From positions 54,002,001 through 54,066,000 of the forward strand of contig NC_043006.1 of the NCBI RefSeq assembly GCF_006345805.1: DNA of 64,000 nucleotides. The letters are read 5' to 3'. The first letter of the stretch is position 1, and the number at the start of each line of letters is the position of its first letter. Made by a program: the position numbers and the translations under genes. Positions 49,215-61,614 of this stretch are shown here, piece after piece. Below the pieces are notes generated by a model. That model searched no databases. It saw only the letters and a program-made list of their open reading frames with translations, and was not told the origin of the DNA. This DNA comes from Octopus sinensis (lineage: Eukaryota).

Positions 49215-50025
49215 GTCGTTTCGTTTCCTCCAAGTAAGTTTTTATATATAATTATGACGCGAAACTCTATAACTCTTTGCTTGACCTTCCCTTCCTTCCT
49301 TGTCTTCCTCTTTGCCTGTCTCTCTTTTTCACCCTTTCTGGTTTCCTTTCCTCTCTCTTTCTCTCTCTCTCACTCCTCCTCATCTCTCTCACAGCCAGGC
49401 GACCACTTCCTTTCGCTTGCGGCCTCCTAACAGTGAACACGCTTTCTTCCTGCGCTCTTGAAAATTTTTCCTTGTCTAGGCCAGAAAAGGCCCTCATTGT
49501 TTGTTTTCTTGTTTGTTTTTATTTCTTGTACTGTATTTTTTTGTAATTGTATTTTTATTTTGTATTTTATTTTGTAATTTTATTTGTATCGTTTTTACGT
49601 CCTGTTTTGTCACATTTTTTTCATTCCTTGTTTTTACCCCTCTGCAAAGGAATTTTATTTAATTCTTTCGCAGGAAGGGCTAGTTCGACGAGTCGTGTTC
49701 TGTCCTCACCTTCGAAACACGCATGGAGTCGTACTAGGGACAGCTGATGAAGGGGAATTTTCCTTGTGTTGTTTGTCTTGTATCTGTTTTTTCGTTGTTA
49801 AAAAAAAGGTCCGTTTCCATGTTTGTTTTTACGTTTTCGTTTCTCGTTGAGTTCTACGTCTATTTGTGGTGTCCTGTACTCACGTATATATATTTATATA
49901 TGCATGTATATATACATGTAGATGTAGGTAGTACATATATGTATGTACGTATGCATATATTTTATTTATTACACTATTGTATGACTGAGCGCCCTCGCGT
50001 CGTTTCGTTTCCTCCAAGTAAGTTT
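49215..50025 (+). mobile_element. Penelope-like non-autonomous or truncated element with 27-bp terminal direct repeats
   Basis: GTCGTTTCGTTTCCTCCAAGTAAGTTT at 49215 and 49999, each followed by TA-rich sequence. The body is homologous to 52628-53349. Confidence 0.55.
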
Positions 50026-50029
50026 ATAT

Positions 50030-50033
50030 ATAT

Positions 50034-50097
<64 letters not shown>

Positions 50098-50102
50098 GTA
50101 TG

Positions 50103-50190
<88 letters not shown>
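50030..50190. repeat. (GATA)n microsatellite
   Basis: Directly visible. Confidence 0.95.
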
Positions 50191-50191
<1 letters not shown>

Positions 50192-51099
50192 TGTCAGTCG
50201 GGTTGAATGAGAAAAACAGGAGAAACGAGTGAACGAAAAACAGACCGATGGAAGTAGTGTGGGAAGGTGGGGAGAAATCAGAAGAATATGACATAATGTA
50301 CTTTAGTGTTTTTATAAGGCCGTATGTAGGACAAAAGAGGGTGTGAGACAGAATGTGTTAGTGGGGAGCAGATAAAAAAATGAGAGAGAGGGAGAGAGAG
50401 AACTAGGTCGACCAGGAGTATGAAAGAGACAGATGCGACCTATCAGGAGTAGACGAAATTAAAGAGAGAAAGACAGAAACAGAGAGAAGGACAGACAGAC
50501 TGAAAGAGGGGGAGAAAGAGAGAGGGAGGGAAGGAAAGAGCGAGAGGGAAGGAGAAATAATGGGGAGGGCATATAAAGAAGAAGAAAGAGAGAGAAAAGA
50601 ATAAAAGCGAGAGACGCGTCTTAGGTGTAAGATTAAGAAAGAGAATAATAAAGCTGAATGTAAATTTTGAATAACTGAGAAAAAGTGTGAAGAAGATAAA
50701 GAGTATTAAAAAGGAAAGAAAGAAAATCAGTTGGAAATAAAGAGATAGATGAAGAAAGAATGAATAAGAATGCAAAATGAAGAATGATCAAGAAAGACGA
50801 AAATTTAGAAAGAGTAGCAAAAAATGTTCGCGAACGAAAGTGAGTAATGAACTACGAATATCAATGAAAGATCATAGAAGCAAGATGGCGTCCGAAAGAA
50901 GAGTGTGAGAGATAGAATAACGTGTTGATTGTGGTGTGCAGGCTGTAGTAAAACTGTGGTATGATTAGTAAATTGACAGCAGTGTGTTGACTAGTGCAGT
51001 AGTCCTCAACCGGGCTCTATATAGTCTTGAGGTTCCACATAAGAGTTTGTTGTTAAAACTTAAGTGCAATTTATTTTAACACTTTCTTTTGTACACAGA

Positions 51100-51260
51100 T
51101 GCAGGCGTAGCTGTGTGGTAAGAAGCTTGCTTCCCAACCACATGGTTCCGAGTTCAGTCCTACTGTGTGGCACCTTGAGCAAGTATCTTCTACTATAGTC
51201 TCAAGCCGACCAAAGCTTTGTGAGTGGATTTGGTGGACGGAAACTGAAAGGAGTCCGTCG

Positions 51261-51262
<2 letters not shown>
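51100..51262 (+). mobile_element. SINE family A, 5' half
   Basis: GCAGGCGTAGCTGTGTGGTAAGAAGCTTGCTTCCCAACCACATGG. Confidence 0.88.
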
Positions 51263-51304
<42 letters not shown>

Positions 51305-51870
51305 CTTATAACTTAGAATAACTTAGAATAACTTAGAAAGGTTTTGGCCAGTATTGGCCCAGGCCATGTCTAACTTAATAGCACCACCTGGCGAAGTCTT
51401 TCAGTTCAGGATTTGGGCACCAAGGCCCATTCCAGCAGAGAGTTATTGTTTGCGGAGACATATCCGGGTGTGGGTGGTTTGTCCGGTACTGTTTGAAGGA
51501 ATTTGTCCAAAGACTTCTTGAATTTTGTGTGGTCAGTTTCTTTTTTGACGTGTCCTGGTGTAATGTTGAAGAGAGCGGGTCCAATTGAAGTGAAATAGTT
51601 GTGCCGTATTGTCGTTATGTGATGCGATTTAGATTTTTGTTGTGGACGGATGACACGTGGTCCAAGCCTTGGATGCATTTTGAAGGTGATGCCAACATCA
51701 TTCGGACAGTGCTGATGGAATATTTTCCACATCATACAGATAATGTAGCGTTCACGGCGTCGTTGGAGTGAATACAATTTCAGCTTCTCTAGTCTACCCC
51801 AATAGTCAAGGTCTGACATGCCATCTATCTTTTTGTGATTGACCTTTGGGGAGCTTCAATTCTCATAATA
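51305..51870 (-). mobile_element. 5'-truncated CR1-clade LINE 3' end
   Basis: Open frame [46 protein letters not shown]...FKKSLDKFL...* ending at 51406. The 3' tail is (TTCTAAGTTA)n. Confidence 0.85.
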
Positions 51871-51893
51871 TTTTGGTTTGTGTGTGTGTATAT

Positions 51894-52022
<129 letters not shown>

Positions 52023-52159
52023 ACATACATACATACATACATACAAGCATGCATGCATGCATACATACATATATATATGTGTGGTGTGTGTAAGAGCGTT
52101 ACTCGAAACGTTAAACCAACCTTCTCCCCTTCCTGAGCGTCTGTTAATACTTTATATAT

Positions 52160-52282
52160 ATATAATATAATAAATAAATAAAATATATGCATATATACAT
52201 ACATATATGTACATACTTACATCTACATGTATATATACATGCATATATATATATATATATTATATATATATATTATATAATA

Positions 52283-52370
<88 letters not shown>

Positions 52371-53348
52371 TACAGGACACCACAATAAACGTAGAACACA
52401 ACGAGAGACGAAAACATAAAATCAAACGAGGAAACGGACTTTTTTTAACAACGAAAAAACAAGGAAACGGACTTTTTTTAAAACAACGAAAAAACAGAGT
52501 ACAGGACAAACAATACAAGGAAAATTCCCCTTCATCACCTGCCCTTGGTTCGACTCAATGCGTGTTTCGAAGGTAAGGGCAGAACACGGAGTGGGGGGGA
52601 AAGAAACCAGAAAGGGTGAAAAATATTATTTTTCACCCTTTCTGGTTTCTTTACCCCCCCCTCTCTCTCTCTCTCTCTCTCTCCTCCTCCTCCTCCTCCC
52701 CCTCCTCCTGACCATAGGGCTGCTAAAACTTTCAGCTTCGTGTTTCAACAAGTATAGATCGACTTCTCTGTCCTTCGCAAGCTGAATTTTCACATGCGTT
52801 CTAACTAATTTTTCCACCGTCTAGGCAAAAAAAGCCGTTATTGTTGGTTCCCTGTCCTGTTTCTTTATTTGTACTGTTTTTTCTACTGTTTTTTCTTCAT
52901 TTGTATTGTTTTTACGTCCTGTTCTTGTCACTTGTTTTACCCCTCTGCAAAAGAATTTTATTTAATTTCTTTTGCAGGAAGGACTCCTTCGGCTGGCCGT
53001 GTTCTGCCCTTACCTTCGAAACACGCATTGAGTCGAACCAAGGGCAGGTGATGAAGGGGAATTTTCCTTGTATTGTTTGTCCTGTACTCTGTTTTTTCGT
53101 TGTTTAAAAAAAAGTCCGTTTCCTTGTTTTTTCGTTGTTTAAAAAAGTCCGTTTCCTCGTTTGATTTTATGTTTTCGTCTCTCGTTGTGTTCTACGTTTA
53201 TTTGTGGTGTCCTGTACTCATATATATATATGCATATATATATACATGTAGATGTAAGTATGTACATATATGTATGCATATATTTTATTTATTTATTATA
53301 TTACTATATGACCGAACGCACGCGTTATTTCTCTTCTCCAAGTAAGTT

Positions 53349-53349
<1 letters not shown>
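52160..53349. mobile_element. Penelope-like element with an inverted 5' duplication (52160-52589 is the reverse complement of about 52995-53305)
   Basis: The inverted match is directly visible, with a central perfect 25-bp hairpin at 52600-52652. The sense part ends CCAAGTAAGTTT, like 49215-50025. Confidence 0.65.
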
Positions 53350-53391
<42 letters not shown>

Positions 53392-54379
53392 ATAAGCTAA
53401 TTAAAAGGGGTCAGTGAGAAAACTCATTTAAATAAAAGGGGGCCTTGGTAGGGAAAAGGTTGGGAACCACTGTACTAGTTTTACAAAGAATATGTCCTGG
53501 TGTCGGTTTCTTCGATTAAAACCTTTTAAGGCAGTGCTCCAGCATAGCCGCAGTCAAATGACTGAAACGAGTAAAAGAATAGAAGAATAAAAGAATTCCT
53601 AATAATATTTAATAAAATAAAACAGTAGGATTATTTTTTATATACATCGCATGGCTATGGACGAAAATCAAAGGGATCCAAAGGTAAAAGCATTGTTGAA
53701 AACCACTGCTGTAGTGATTTCGTACTGTAGTGACTGGTGTGATTAAAGTTTGTTGACTGGTGCGACTGTAGCATGTTGACAAAAATTTATTGGCAGTTGT
53801 AACTGTAGGGTATTCACTGGTGTGATTGTAATGTGTTGACTAAAGTTTGTTGACTTATGTGAGTGTAGTTTGTTGACTTATGTGAGTGTAGTTTGTTGAC
53901 TGGTGAGGCTGTAGTGTATTAACTGTTGTATATTTAATTGTAAATTTTATACACATTGTAGGTGTGACATGCAGGACAATGTGAAACAGTAGAATCCTAT
54001 AAAGTTGGTGATGATCTTCGGATATTAGTGATGTCTTACCTCAACACAAAGCAGGAAGATTTGTGGAGTAATGAGATTAGTCGATTTTATTGATTACAGT
54101 ACTTGATTGATTGCTACTTCATTTTGTCGACCCAGTGGAGGATGAAGGGGGCATCGTTGACTTAGGTACGGTTTAAACTCACTGCATTAAGAGCCGGAAC
54201 AAACGCCACAAGACATTTCATTCGGCGCTCTATCTACTGCTCTCTTTTTGCAAAAGATGTCATAGGCAGCAGGGGAGGCTGTGCAGTTAAGAAGTTCGCT
54301 TTGCTCATAAATACGCCGCATTTGGGGTAGGATTTCTTCTACGATAGCTCCGGGGTGACTAGTACCTTATGAGTGAAAT

Positions 54380-54591
54380 TAATGGAGGGAGGGAAACGTG
54401 TAGAAGCCTTCGTATATGTGTATGCATGTGTGTTATTGTTGTGTATGTGTGTGTGTGCTTGTTGTGTATGTGTGCGTGTGTTGTAAAGACACACACACAC
54501 ACACACATACACAACAAAAAAACACACACACACGCATACACAACAATAACACATACACACAACAAACACACACACGCACACACATACACAA

Positions 54592-54639
<48 letters not shown>

Positions 54640-54662
54640 TACACAACAAAAACACACACACA
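54380..54662. repeat. Degenerate (TG)n and (CA)n/(CAACA) tract
   Basis: Directly visible. Confidence 0.85.
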
Positions 54663-55202
54663 CAGGTAATCGGTCCGTAAGTCAGGGATGACATTGAAAT
54701 AAACAAGCCTTTGAAGACAGAAAACAGAAGACTGATAAGGATGAATAACACGGCAGTAAATGAATTGAGGTCAAAATAGAGAATACGATTGGTTAAAATT
54801 CGAAGAATTAAACTACGTAAAAGTTAGAAAATACATTTTTCTCCAAAAAACTAATTGAAATTAATGTTTTCTTTTGACACATTCTACCAGTATACGAAGT
54901 TTCAAATTATTTAGTTAACTAGAAAAATCTGGCCTTCTTTTAGAAAAGATCCCCAGTTACGCACTGGGGCCGATATAATCGACTTAATCCGTTTGTCTGT
55001 CCTTGCTTGTCCCCTCTGTGTTTAGCCCAATAAACACAAACAACGTCCGGTCTGAGAATCGAAACCGCGATCCTCCGACCGCGAGTCCGCTGCCCTAACC
55101 ACTGGGCCTCCACAAATTTATCTTGCGTATACTCAAAGAGTACGGTAATAATTATACACGTCCAGCTCCTTAGTCTACAGCGCTCGGTTTCCCTTCAAAA
55201 TG

Positions 55203-55625
55203 TTTCTTTATTAGCCACACAGGGCTGAATACAGAGGGGACAAATTACAAAGTAGAGCTTTTCTTTGGGGGAGAAAAAGGGGGGGGGTAGGTTTTCGATT
55301 AAAAGGGATCGTAAAAAAAAAAAGCGATCAATAGGGATCGTGCATCACGAATGTTAAATGTAAAGTGTAAAGGGGGGAACAGATAAGGTTTATCCGTGGA
55401 AAGAAAAGCCTACGGAAAAGACCACGGTAACCTCAGTCAATAATGTCACATGTTAACACATTTATTTGCAAGTAAGTAACTCTCTATTTTAAATTTTTCC
55501 GGGTTCATAGGATTATGCTCAAGGTGGCTTCGTCATTCATACGTGCCATCCTTGCTACATTCACCCATCTTTTTTTGAAACATTCGCTAGACAAAACTTG
55601 CCTCTTCTACTCTCACTTTCCTTTT
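55203..55625 (-). mobile_element. L1-Tx1-like LINE, 3' fragment
   Basis: The minus strand reads LKRKVRVE/QVLSSECFKKRWVNVARMARMNDEATLSIIL*, then a 3' UTR ending GCCCTGTGTGGCTAATAAAGAAA. Confidence 0.6.
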
Positions 55626-56199
55626 CAAGTTAGATATGGCTGCATTAGACGTAGGATAAGTTTTTGATATATTTAAAGCTTTTTTAAAAAAGCGTATACT
55701 CCAGCAAATACGGTATTCATTTAGTCGTGCGGCATTAATTTGATATGAGCAATATATCTTATCTCATAAAGCCTGCTGCTAGGAGGAAAAGTATCCTTTA
55801 TCGGTCCCAGGACTTAACTGATAGTTATAAATTTATCGGCTCCGGAAGGATAAAATATGAATTGCCATTGGTATTAGTGTTCATTTCAGATGTCACACAA
55901 TATCTCGCTTTCGAATCCTGCAAACGACGAGCAGTTAGAGGTGCATTTCATGAAAGAAATTCAAATTGTTTGTTCAATTTAATATTCTGATTGCATTTGA
56001 ATGTGAAGAGGTTTCTTTTTTCTTTCTTTACTATTTATCTACATTTTATTCATTGTTAACAGAAAATATAAATAACGGAAACACCGGAAGGTTTTCATTG
56101 GTCAGTAGCTATCGTATGTGTGTGGGTGGACGTATTTATATTGGTGTGAGTATATATATGTGTGTGTATCGAACGTATACATGTCAAGTTAAATATATA

Positions 56200-56200
56200 T

Positions 56201-56235
<35 letters not shown>

Positions 56236-56252
56236 CTAGCTAGCTAGCTAGC

Positions 56253-56323
<71 letters not shown>

Positions 56324-56325
56324 GT
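56200..56325. repeat. (GATA)n-(GCTA)n-(GATA)n microsatellite
   Basis: Directly visible. Confidence 0.95.
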
Positions 56326-56439
56326 ATCTGCGTGTGTCAGTTATTGGTTATCATATCTGTGTGTAAACGTCCGTTATTCATTTTCCCCCTCTCTCTCCCC
56401 TTATTCACTCTCTATTCATATATGCTTTTGTGTATGAAA

Positions 56440-56812
56440 TTGTGTATGAAATTGTCACCCATAATTATGACCCTAGTATCGATCTATTGCATTTCAATCT
56501 GTTTTAGGGTTAGGGGTGGGGGAAGGGCATCTTTTTTCTTCAGAAATGTAAATAAACCCAATCTGTTTCTTAAACGAGGGACATATTCATACGGCACAGA
56601 ATGTTTTCACCTCAATAGATGTCATTGATCGGTTGAAATTGCAGAAATTGAAGAAGAAAAAACAACAAATATCTTACAAACTATAGAATTTTCTCAATAA
56701 AGCCAAGAGAAAAAAATGTTTTATAAACACATTCTACCAGTATTACGAAGTTTAAAATTTTTTAGTTACCTAGAAATTATGTTAAAAACTGCCGTTCAAA
56801 CCGAAAACATCC
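56440..56812 (+). mobile_element. MITE with TIRs of about 29 bp and an internal TTAGGG-like segment (left TIR lost)
   Basis: Right end AAAAACTGCCGTTCAAACCGAAAACATCC. Sister pieces lie at 54780-54953, 58525-58734 (-) and 59657-59832 (-). Confidence 0.7.
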
Positions 56813-57021
56813 GGTACCTATTTTCAGCTGAGTGGACAAGAGCCAAAGTCAACGCGCCACCCGGTCCTCAAATGGAACCCATGACGTTATGATCGTGACC
56901 CCAACAGTCTTCTCACTAAATGAAGCACCTAACACACACACATACACATGCACGTGTGTATGCGTGTGTGTATATAACGAACAATTACCAGCCGATCATG
57001 CACAGGTACTTCCTTAGTAAC

Positions 57022-57272
57022 CTACAGGGATTTCATGTCAATTTTATGACAAAGTATGTACGTTTTCAGTCGGGTATGCAAAGTCATAAGAGGACGCACA
57101 GAGACCATGTTAATGTCAACAGTAAAGACAACTGTTTTGTTTGTCACATTCGCAACAAAACTTGCAAAAGTGAAACTAGCCAGAAGAGCTACATGCTTAC
57201 CCATGGACACTCTTTACAAAATCGAGATGGCCTTCGTTGTAAAAAAAAGTGACCATCACTATGTATAGGTGT
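57022..57272 (+). mobile_element. Degraded RTE-like LINE 3' end with C2H2-like remnants
   Basis: QSGMQSHKRTH...CFVCHIRNKTCKSETSQKSYMLTH...*, then a short tail into TA. Confidence 0.5.
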
Positions 57273-57275
57273 ATA

Positions 57276-57698
57276 TACTCTTTACTCTTTTACTCTTTTA
57301 CTTGTTTCAGTCATTTGACTGCGGCCATGCTGGAGCACCGCCTTTAATCGAGCAACTCGACCCCGGGACTTATTCTTTTGTAAGCCCAGTACTTATTCTA
57401 TCGGCCTCTCTTTTGTCGAACCGCTAAGTTACAGGGACGTAAACACACCAGCATCGATTGTCAAGTGGTGTTGGGGGGACAAACACAGACACACAAACAC
57501 ATACACACACACATATATATACATATACATATATACGATGGGCTTCTTTCAGTTTCCGTCTACCAAATCCACTCACAAGGCATTGGTCGACCTGAGGCTA
57601 TAGTTGAAGACACTTGCCCAAGGTGCCACGCAGTGGGACTGAACCCGGAACCATGTGGTTGGTAAACAAGCTACTTACCACACAGCCACTCTTACACC
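57276..57698 (-). mobile_element. SINE family A, full length
   Basis: Complete tail, core and head. Confidence 0.92.
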
Positions 57699-57748
57699 TA
57701 TATAATATACATTATCTAGCTAACCATTTCTCTCTCTCTCTCACTCTT

Positions 57749-57781
<33 letters not shown>

Positions 57782-57814
57782 TTCTCTCTCCCTCTATATA
57801 TATATTCTGTTATT

Positions 57815-58125
57815 CCTTTCAGTCATTTGACTGCGGCCATGTTGGAGCACCGCCTTTAGTCGCGCAACTCGACCCCAGGACTTATTCTTTGTAAGCCTAG
57901 TTACTTATTCTATCAGTCTCTCTTGTGTCTGAGTTTGCCCCCACGACCGCTTGACAACTGTCGTTTGTGTATTTACGCCCTCCGTAACTTAGCAGTTCAG
58001 CGAAAGAGACTGATAGAATAAGTACCAGGTTTTAAAAGTAATAAGTACTGGGGACGACTCATTCGATTAAAAATCCTTCAAGGCGGTGTTCCAGTATGGC
58101 CGCAGTCTAATGACTGAAGTAAAAG
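57815..58125. mobile_element. Back-to-back pair of SINE family A 3' halves (57815-57920 -, 57925-58125 +)
   Basis: CAGTCATTTGACTGCGGCCAT...TATTCTATCAGTCTCT pairs with AGAGACTGATAGAATA...TGGCCGCAGTCTAATGACTG. Confidence 0.8.
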
Positions 58126-58335
58126 GTAAACGTTTAAAAAATTAGAGACATGTACGCGTGTGAGTGCGTGTATGGATTTATAAAGTTTCCAGTGACCTTG
58201 AAATTTCGACTTACTAACCGTTATCACCAATCTTTGCAGAAATTAATTTTTCTAATATGGACTCTACAGCGATCTTCAGTTAAATATATTGTTTCTTTCA
58301 TGTAAGTTTCCATAAAAACAAACTAAAAAACAGAA

Positions 58336-58385
<50 letters not shown>

Positions 58386-58426
58386 TACTTTTATATATAC
58401 TTTTATATATACTTTTATAGTGTACT

Positions 58427-58470
<44 letters not shown>

Positions 58471-58524
58471 TTATATATATATATAGTGTACTTTTTGTTG
58501 TTTTATAGTTTGTTTCTTAGTATG

Positions 58525-58734
58525 ATATGTCCCCCCGTTTAAGAAACAGATTGGGTTTATTTACATTTCTGAAGAAAAAAGATACCCTTCCCCCACCCCT
58601 AACCCTAACCCTAACTCCAACCCTAACCCTAAAATAGATTGAAATGCAATAGATCGATACTAAGGTCATAATTATGGGTGACAATTTCATATGACACCGC
58701 TAGAAAAAACTGCCGTTCAAACCGAAAAGATCCC
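58525..58734 (-). mobile_element. 5' half of the TTAGGG-containing MITE
   Basis: Reverse complement of 56440-56590 plus the TIR AAAAAACTGCCGTTCAAACCGAAAAGATCCC. (CCCTAA)n at 58597-58632. Confidence 0.75.
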
Positions 58735-58854
58735 AGGTACCAATCTAGTGCTTGTTGCAGCCCTCGCTTCGGCCAGCTATCATATCCACGTTGTTTCGAG
58801 TCAAAGGTAGAGAGAGTCAAGAAGGTGCCTATATCTGCTAGCGACTATGCATAC

Positions 58855-58904
58855 CAGTGATTCTCAACTACGGTACATAGGCAAAAAATAGTTGAGAAGC
58901 ACTG
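58855..58904. mobile_element. 50-bp minimal hAT-type MITE
   Basis: 16-bp TIRs CAGTGATTCTCAACTA / TAGTTGAGAAGCACTG (1 mismatch), 18-bp interior, flanks ATGCATAC / ATGAAGAC (6/8 match). Confidence 0.7.
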
Positions 58905-59014
58905 ATGAAGACACAAAACAATAAGCAAATGCGTGTTACAAGTGAGTGGGTCATACTCGCTTGCGAGTGACGGCTAAACTTTATACATACATACAGACAG
59001 ACAGACAGATAAAT

Positions 59015-59050
<36 letters not shown>

Positions 59051-59834
59051 AACAGGAAGAGTCACGTAATTTAAACATATGGATACTAATTTCTCCTAGA
59101 AACATCAACAAGGGAAGCTCTAAAGCTTCAAGCCAACTTTACTCCAGTTTTCTTATTCTTAAAAATATCGATACACATACACACACACACTGTTGTATAC
59201 ATATTGTATATATACCCAGTTCGTAAAAGGACTCGTTAAAGCCTTGTACTTTCATATTTTCATTGATACAAGGATCGTAATGTAAACAGCTCTTTAGCTA
59301 CAGAAAGTGGTGCACACGCACACACACACACATACACACACGTAGATATACACATAATGCCACTTGTACCACAACTACTACCACTACGGTAGCCGTCACT
59401 ACTGATACTGCTACCATAAACTACCATCACTTCTATCGCTACCACAACCATTTCCACTTTTACATTCATCCTATTTCAAAATTCAGCGTTTCGAGCTAAC
59501 GGTGGAGCCTCCGTACCAGTGTTTCCCAACCTTTTTTTCTGGCGCCCCACTTTTTAATAAAATTTTTCTTTGCTCTACTTTTTAAGAACAACTTTTTAAT
59601 AACAAAAAATCTGGTGCCCATCAACATTTATTTTTTGATATAGGAACACGATTTTTGGATCTTTTCCTTTTGAACGGCAGTTTTCAACACAATTTCTAGT
59701 TAACTAAACACTTTTAAACTTCGTATACTGGTAGAATGTGTCAAAATAAAACATTTTTTTCTCTAGGCTTTCTTGAGAAAATTGTAATTTGTAAGTTTAG
59801 CGTAGTTTAATTTTTCGAATTTTAACCAATCAAT

Positions 59835-60195
59835 TGCCTCTAGTGAGCTAAAATCATTTGCTGCGTCTAAAACTGAGACAACATTAAATCACTTTAAACT
59901 TGCTAAAATAATATTCAGGATGCCTTTATCTCTACTAAGTATAGATGCAGATGTGTTACCTAAGATTACTTTTGAGGATCTGATCAAAGACTTTGCAATT
60001 CAAAAAAGTAGGAGGAAACTTTTCAAATATAAATAAAGTGGAAGTATACAAAAATAAACATTATTTTCCCTCTTACTGTTTTGTTTCGTTTTGAAAAATC
60101 AAAATTTATTTTATGGTTTGTTATTGTTTGTATTTTGAATTACATAATCTTTTATGGGGGCACCAAAATCTTTAAAATGCTTAGGGCCTCGATGG
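59835..60195 (+). pseudogene. hAT transposase C-terminal dimerisation-domain fragment plus 3' flank
   Basis: 59920-60036 reads MPLSLLSIDADVLPKITFEDLIKDFAIQKSRRKLFKYK*, like the hAT motif LSLLSIE...I.F.D.I..FA..K.R. Confidence 0.7.
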
Positions 60196-60454
60196 ATCAG
60201 AACGTGGTTATATATGATGAAACCAATACAGTTACAGGAGATTCCAGAATAGTTTTTCACCATGTTTAAAACTGTTTTGCCACATATGCTCATGTAGATA
60301 TGATGTAAGCAAATCACTAGTCCCGCATTGATGCCTAAGTTTCTTCCTTCTATAATGTATCCATTGATGTTGTTATCGTTTGGATCAAAAAAACTGAGTG
60401 AATGGTTGACAACTTACAGGATACAGAAGTTACCAAGATCCATGTCGGAAACCC

Positions 60455-60740
60455 AAGGCGGCAAGCTGGCAGAAACGTTAGCACGCCGGGCGAAATGCTT
60501 AGCAGTATTTCGTCTGCCGCTACGTTCTGAGTTCAAATTCCGCAGAGGTCGACTTTGCCTTTCATCCTTTCGGGGTTGATAAATCAAGCACCAGTTATGC
60601 CACTGGGGTCGATGTAATCGACTCAATCCGTTTGCCTGTCTTTGTTTGTCCTCTCTGTGTGTAGCTCCTTGTGGGTAGTAAAGAAATAGGTATTTCGTCT
60701 GCCGCTACGTTCTGAGTTCAAATTCCGCGGAGGTCGAATT
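60455..60740 (+). mobile_element. SINE family B long form with LINE-derived tail
   Basis: Full head, body, tail GTAAAGAAATA|GGTATTTCG at about 60689, then a partial second body. Confidence 0.88.
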
Positions 60741-61242
60741 ATGGGATGTCACTGACGTACTTCCGCTTTCTATCGCAACTATATATATATATATATATAT
60801 ATTACAATTTACTTTCACTTTTTTACGACTGTAAACTGCAGGCTAACTCTTTATTTTAACAACCCCTAAAATGATAATTCGCAAAACTGTCCTCGGTAAG
60901 ATCTTCACTCAAAACAGAAAGAACTAGAATACAAACTGCAAGATATTTTATCCGATGTTCTAACACTTCTGCTAATTCGCCGCCTACAAAGATTTTCAGT
61001 GCTTCCTTTCTCAAAGTGTTCGACTTCCTGCTGAACTAATCTTCTTCACCTTAGACGCTCTGTCGCCATGTTTTCCCATTTCGCCCAGTTACAAGACTTG
61101 AACTTGACAATTATTCATTTAAGCGTTGATTTTATTTGTTTAAACTCCGCTCTCAACACTAGCATTAATTAAGCCTTTTCAAAAAGGATAATATAAATGT
61201 ACGCATGCGCGTGTTTCATTATAGCATATATTATATACATAT

Positions 61243-61490
61243 AGGCGCAGGGGTGGTAAGTAGCTTGCTTACCAATCACATGGTTCCGGGTTCATTCCTT
61301 CTGCATGGCACCTTGGCCAAGTGTCTTCTACTATAGCCGCGGGTCGACCAAAGCCTTGTGAGTGGATTTGGTAGACTGAAATTGAAAGAAGCCCGTCGTA
61401 TATATGTGTATATATGCATATGTATGTCTGTGTATATGCTTGTGTATCTGTGTTTGTCCCCCCACCCCAACATCGCTTGACAAGCGAGTA
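61243..61490 (+). mobile_element. SINE family A, 3'-truncated
   Basis: TAGGCGCAGGGGTGGTAAGTAGCTTGCTTACCAA head. Confidence 0.85.
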
Positions 61491-61614
61491 AGAAAGAGTA
61501 AAAGTATTTTTCTGAAAGTTATGAGGAAACAAACTCGGGAGAAGGCATACTTGTATAGGTAAGCCTATTCCTTTAAAAATCTATTTTATATATGAATTAC
61601 ATGGATGAACTGCA

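Noticed and set aside
58597-58632. Interstitial telomere or chromosome fusion scar
   Set aside because: Only about six imperfect units, inside a dispersed MITE with a sister copy at 56.5 kb.
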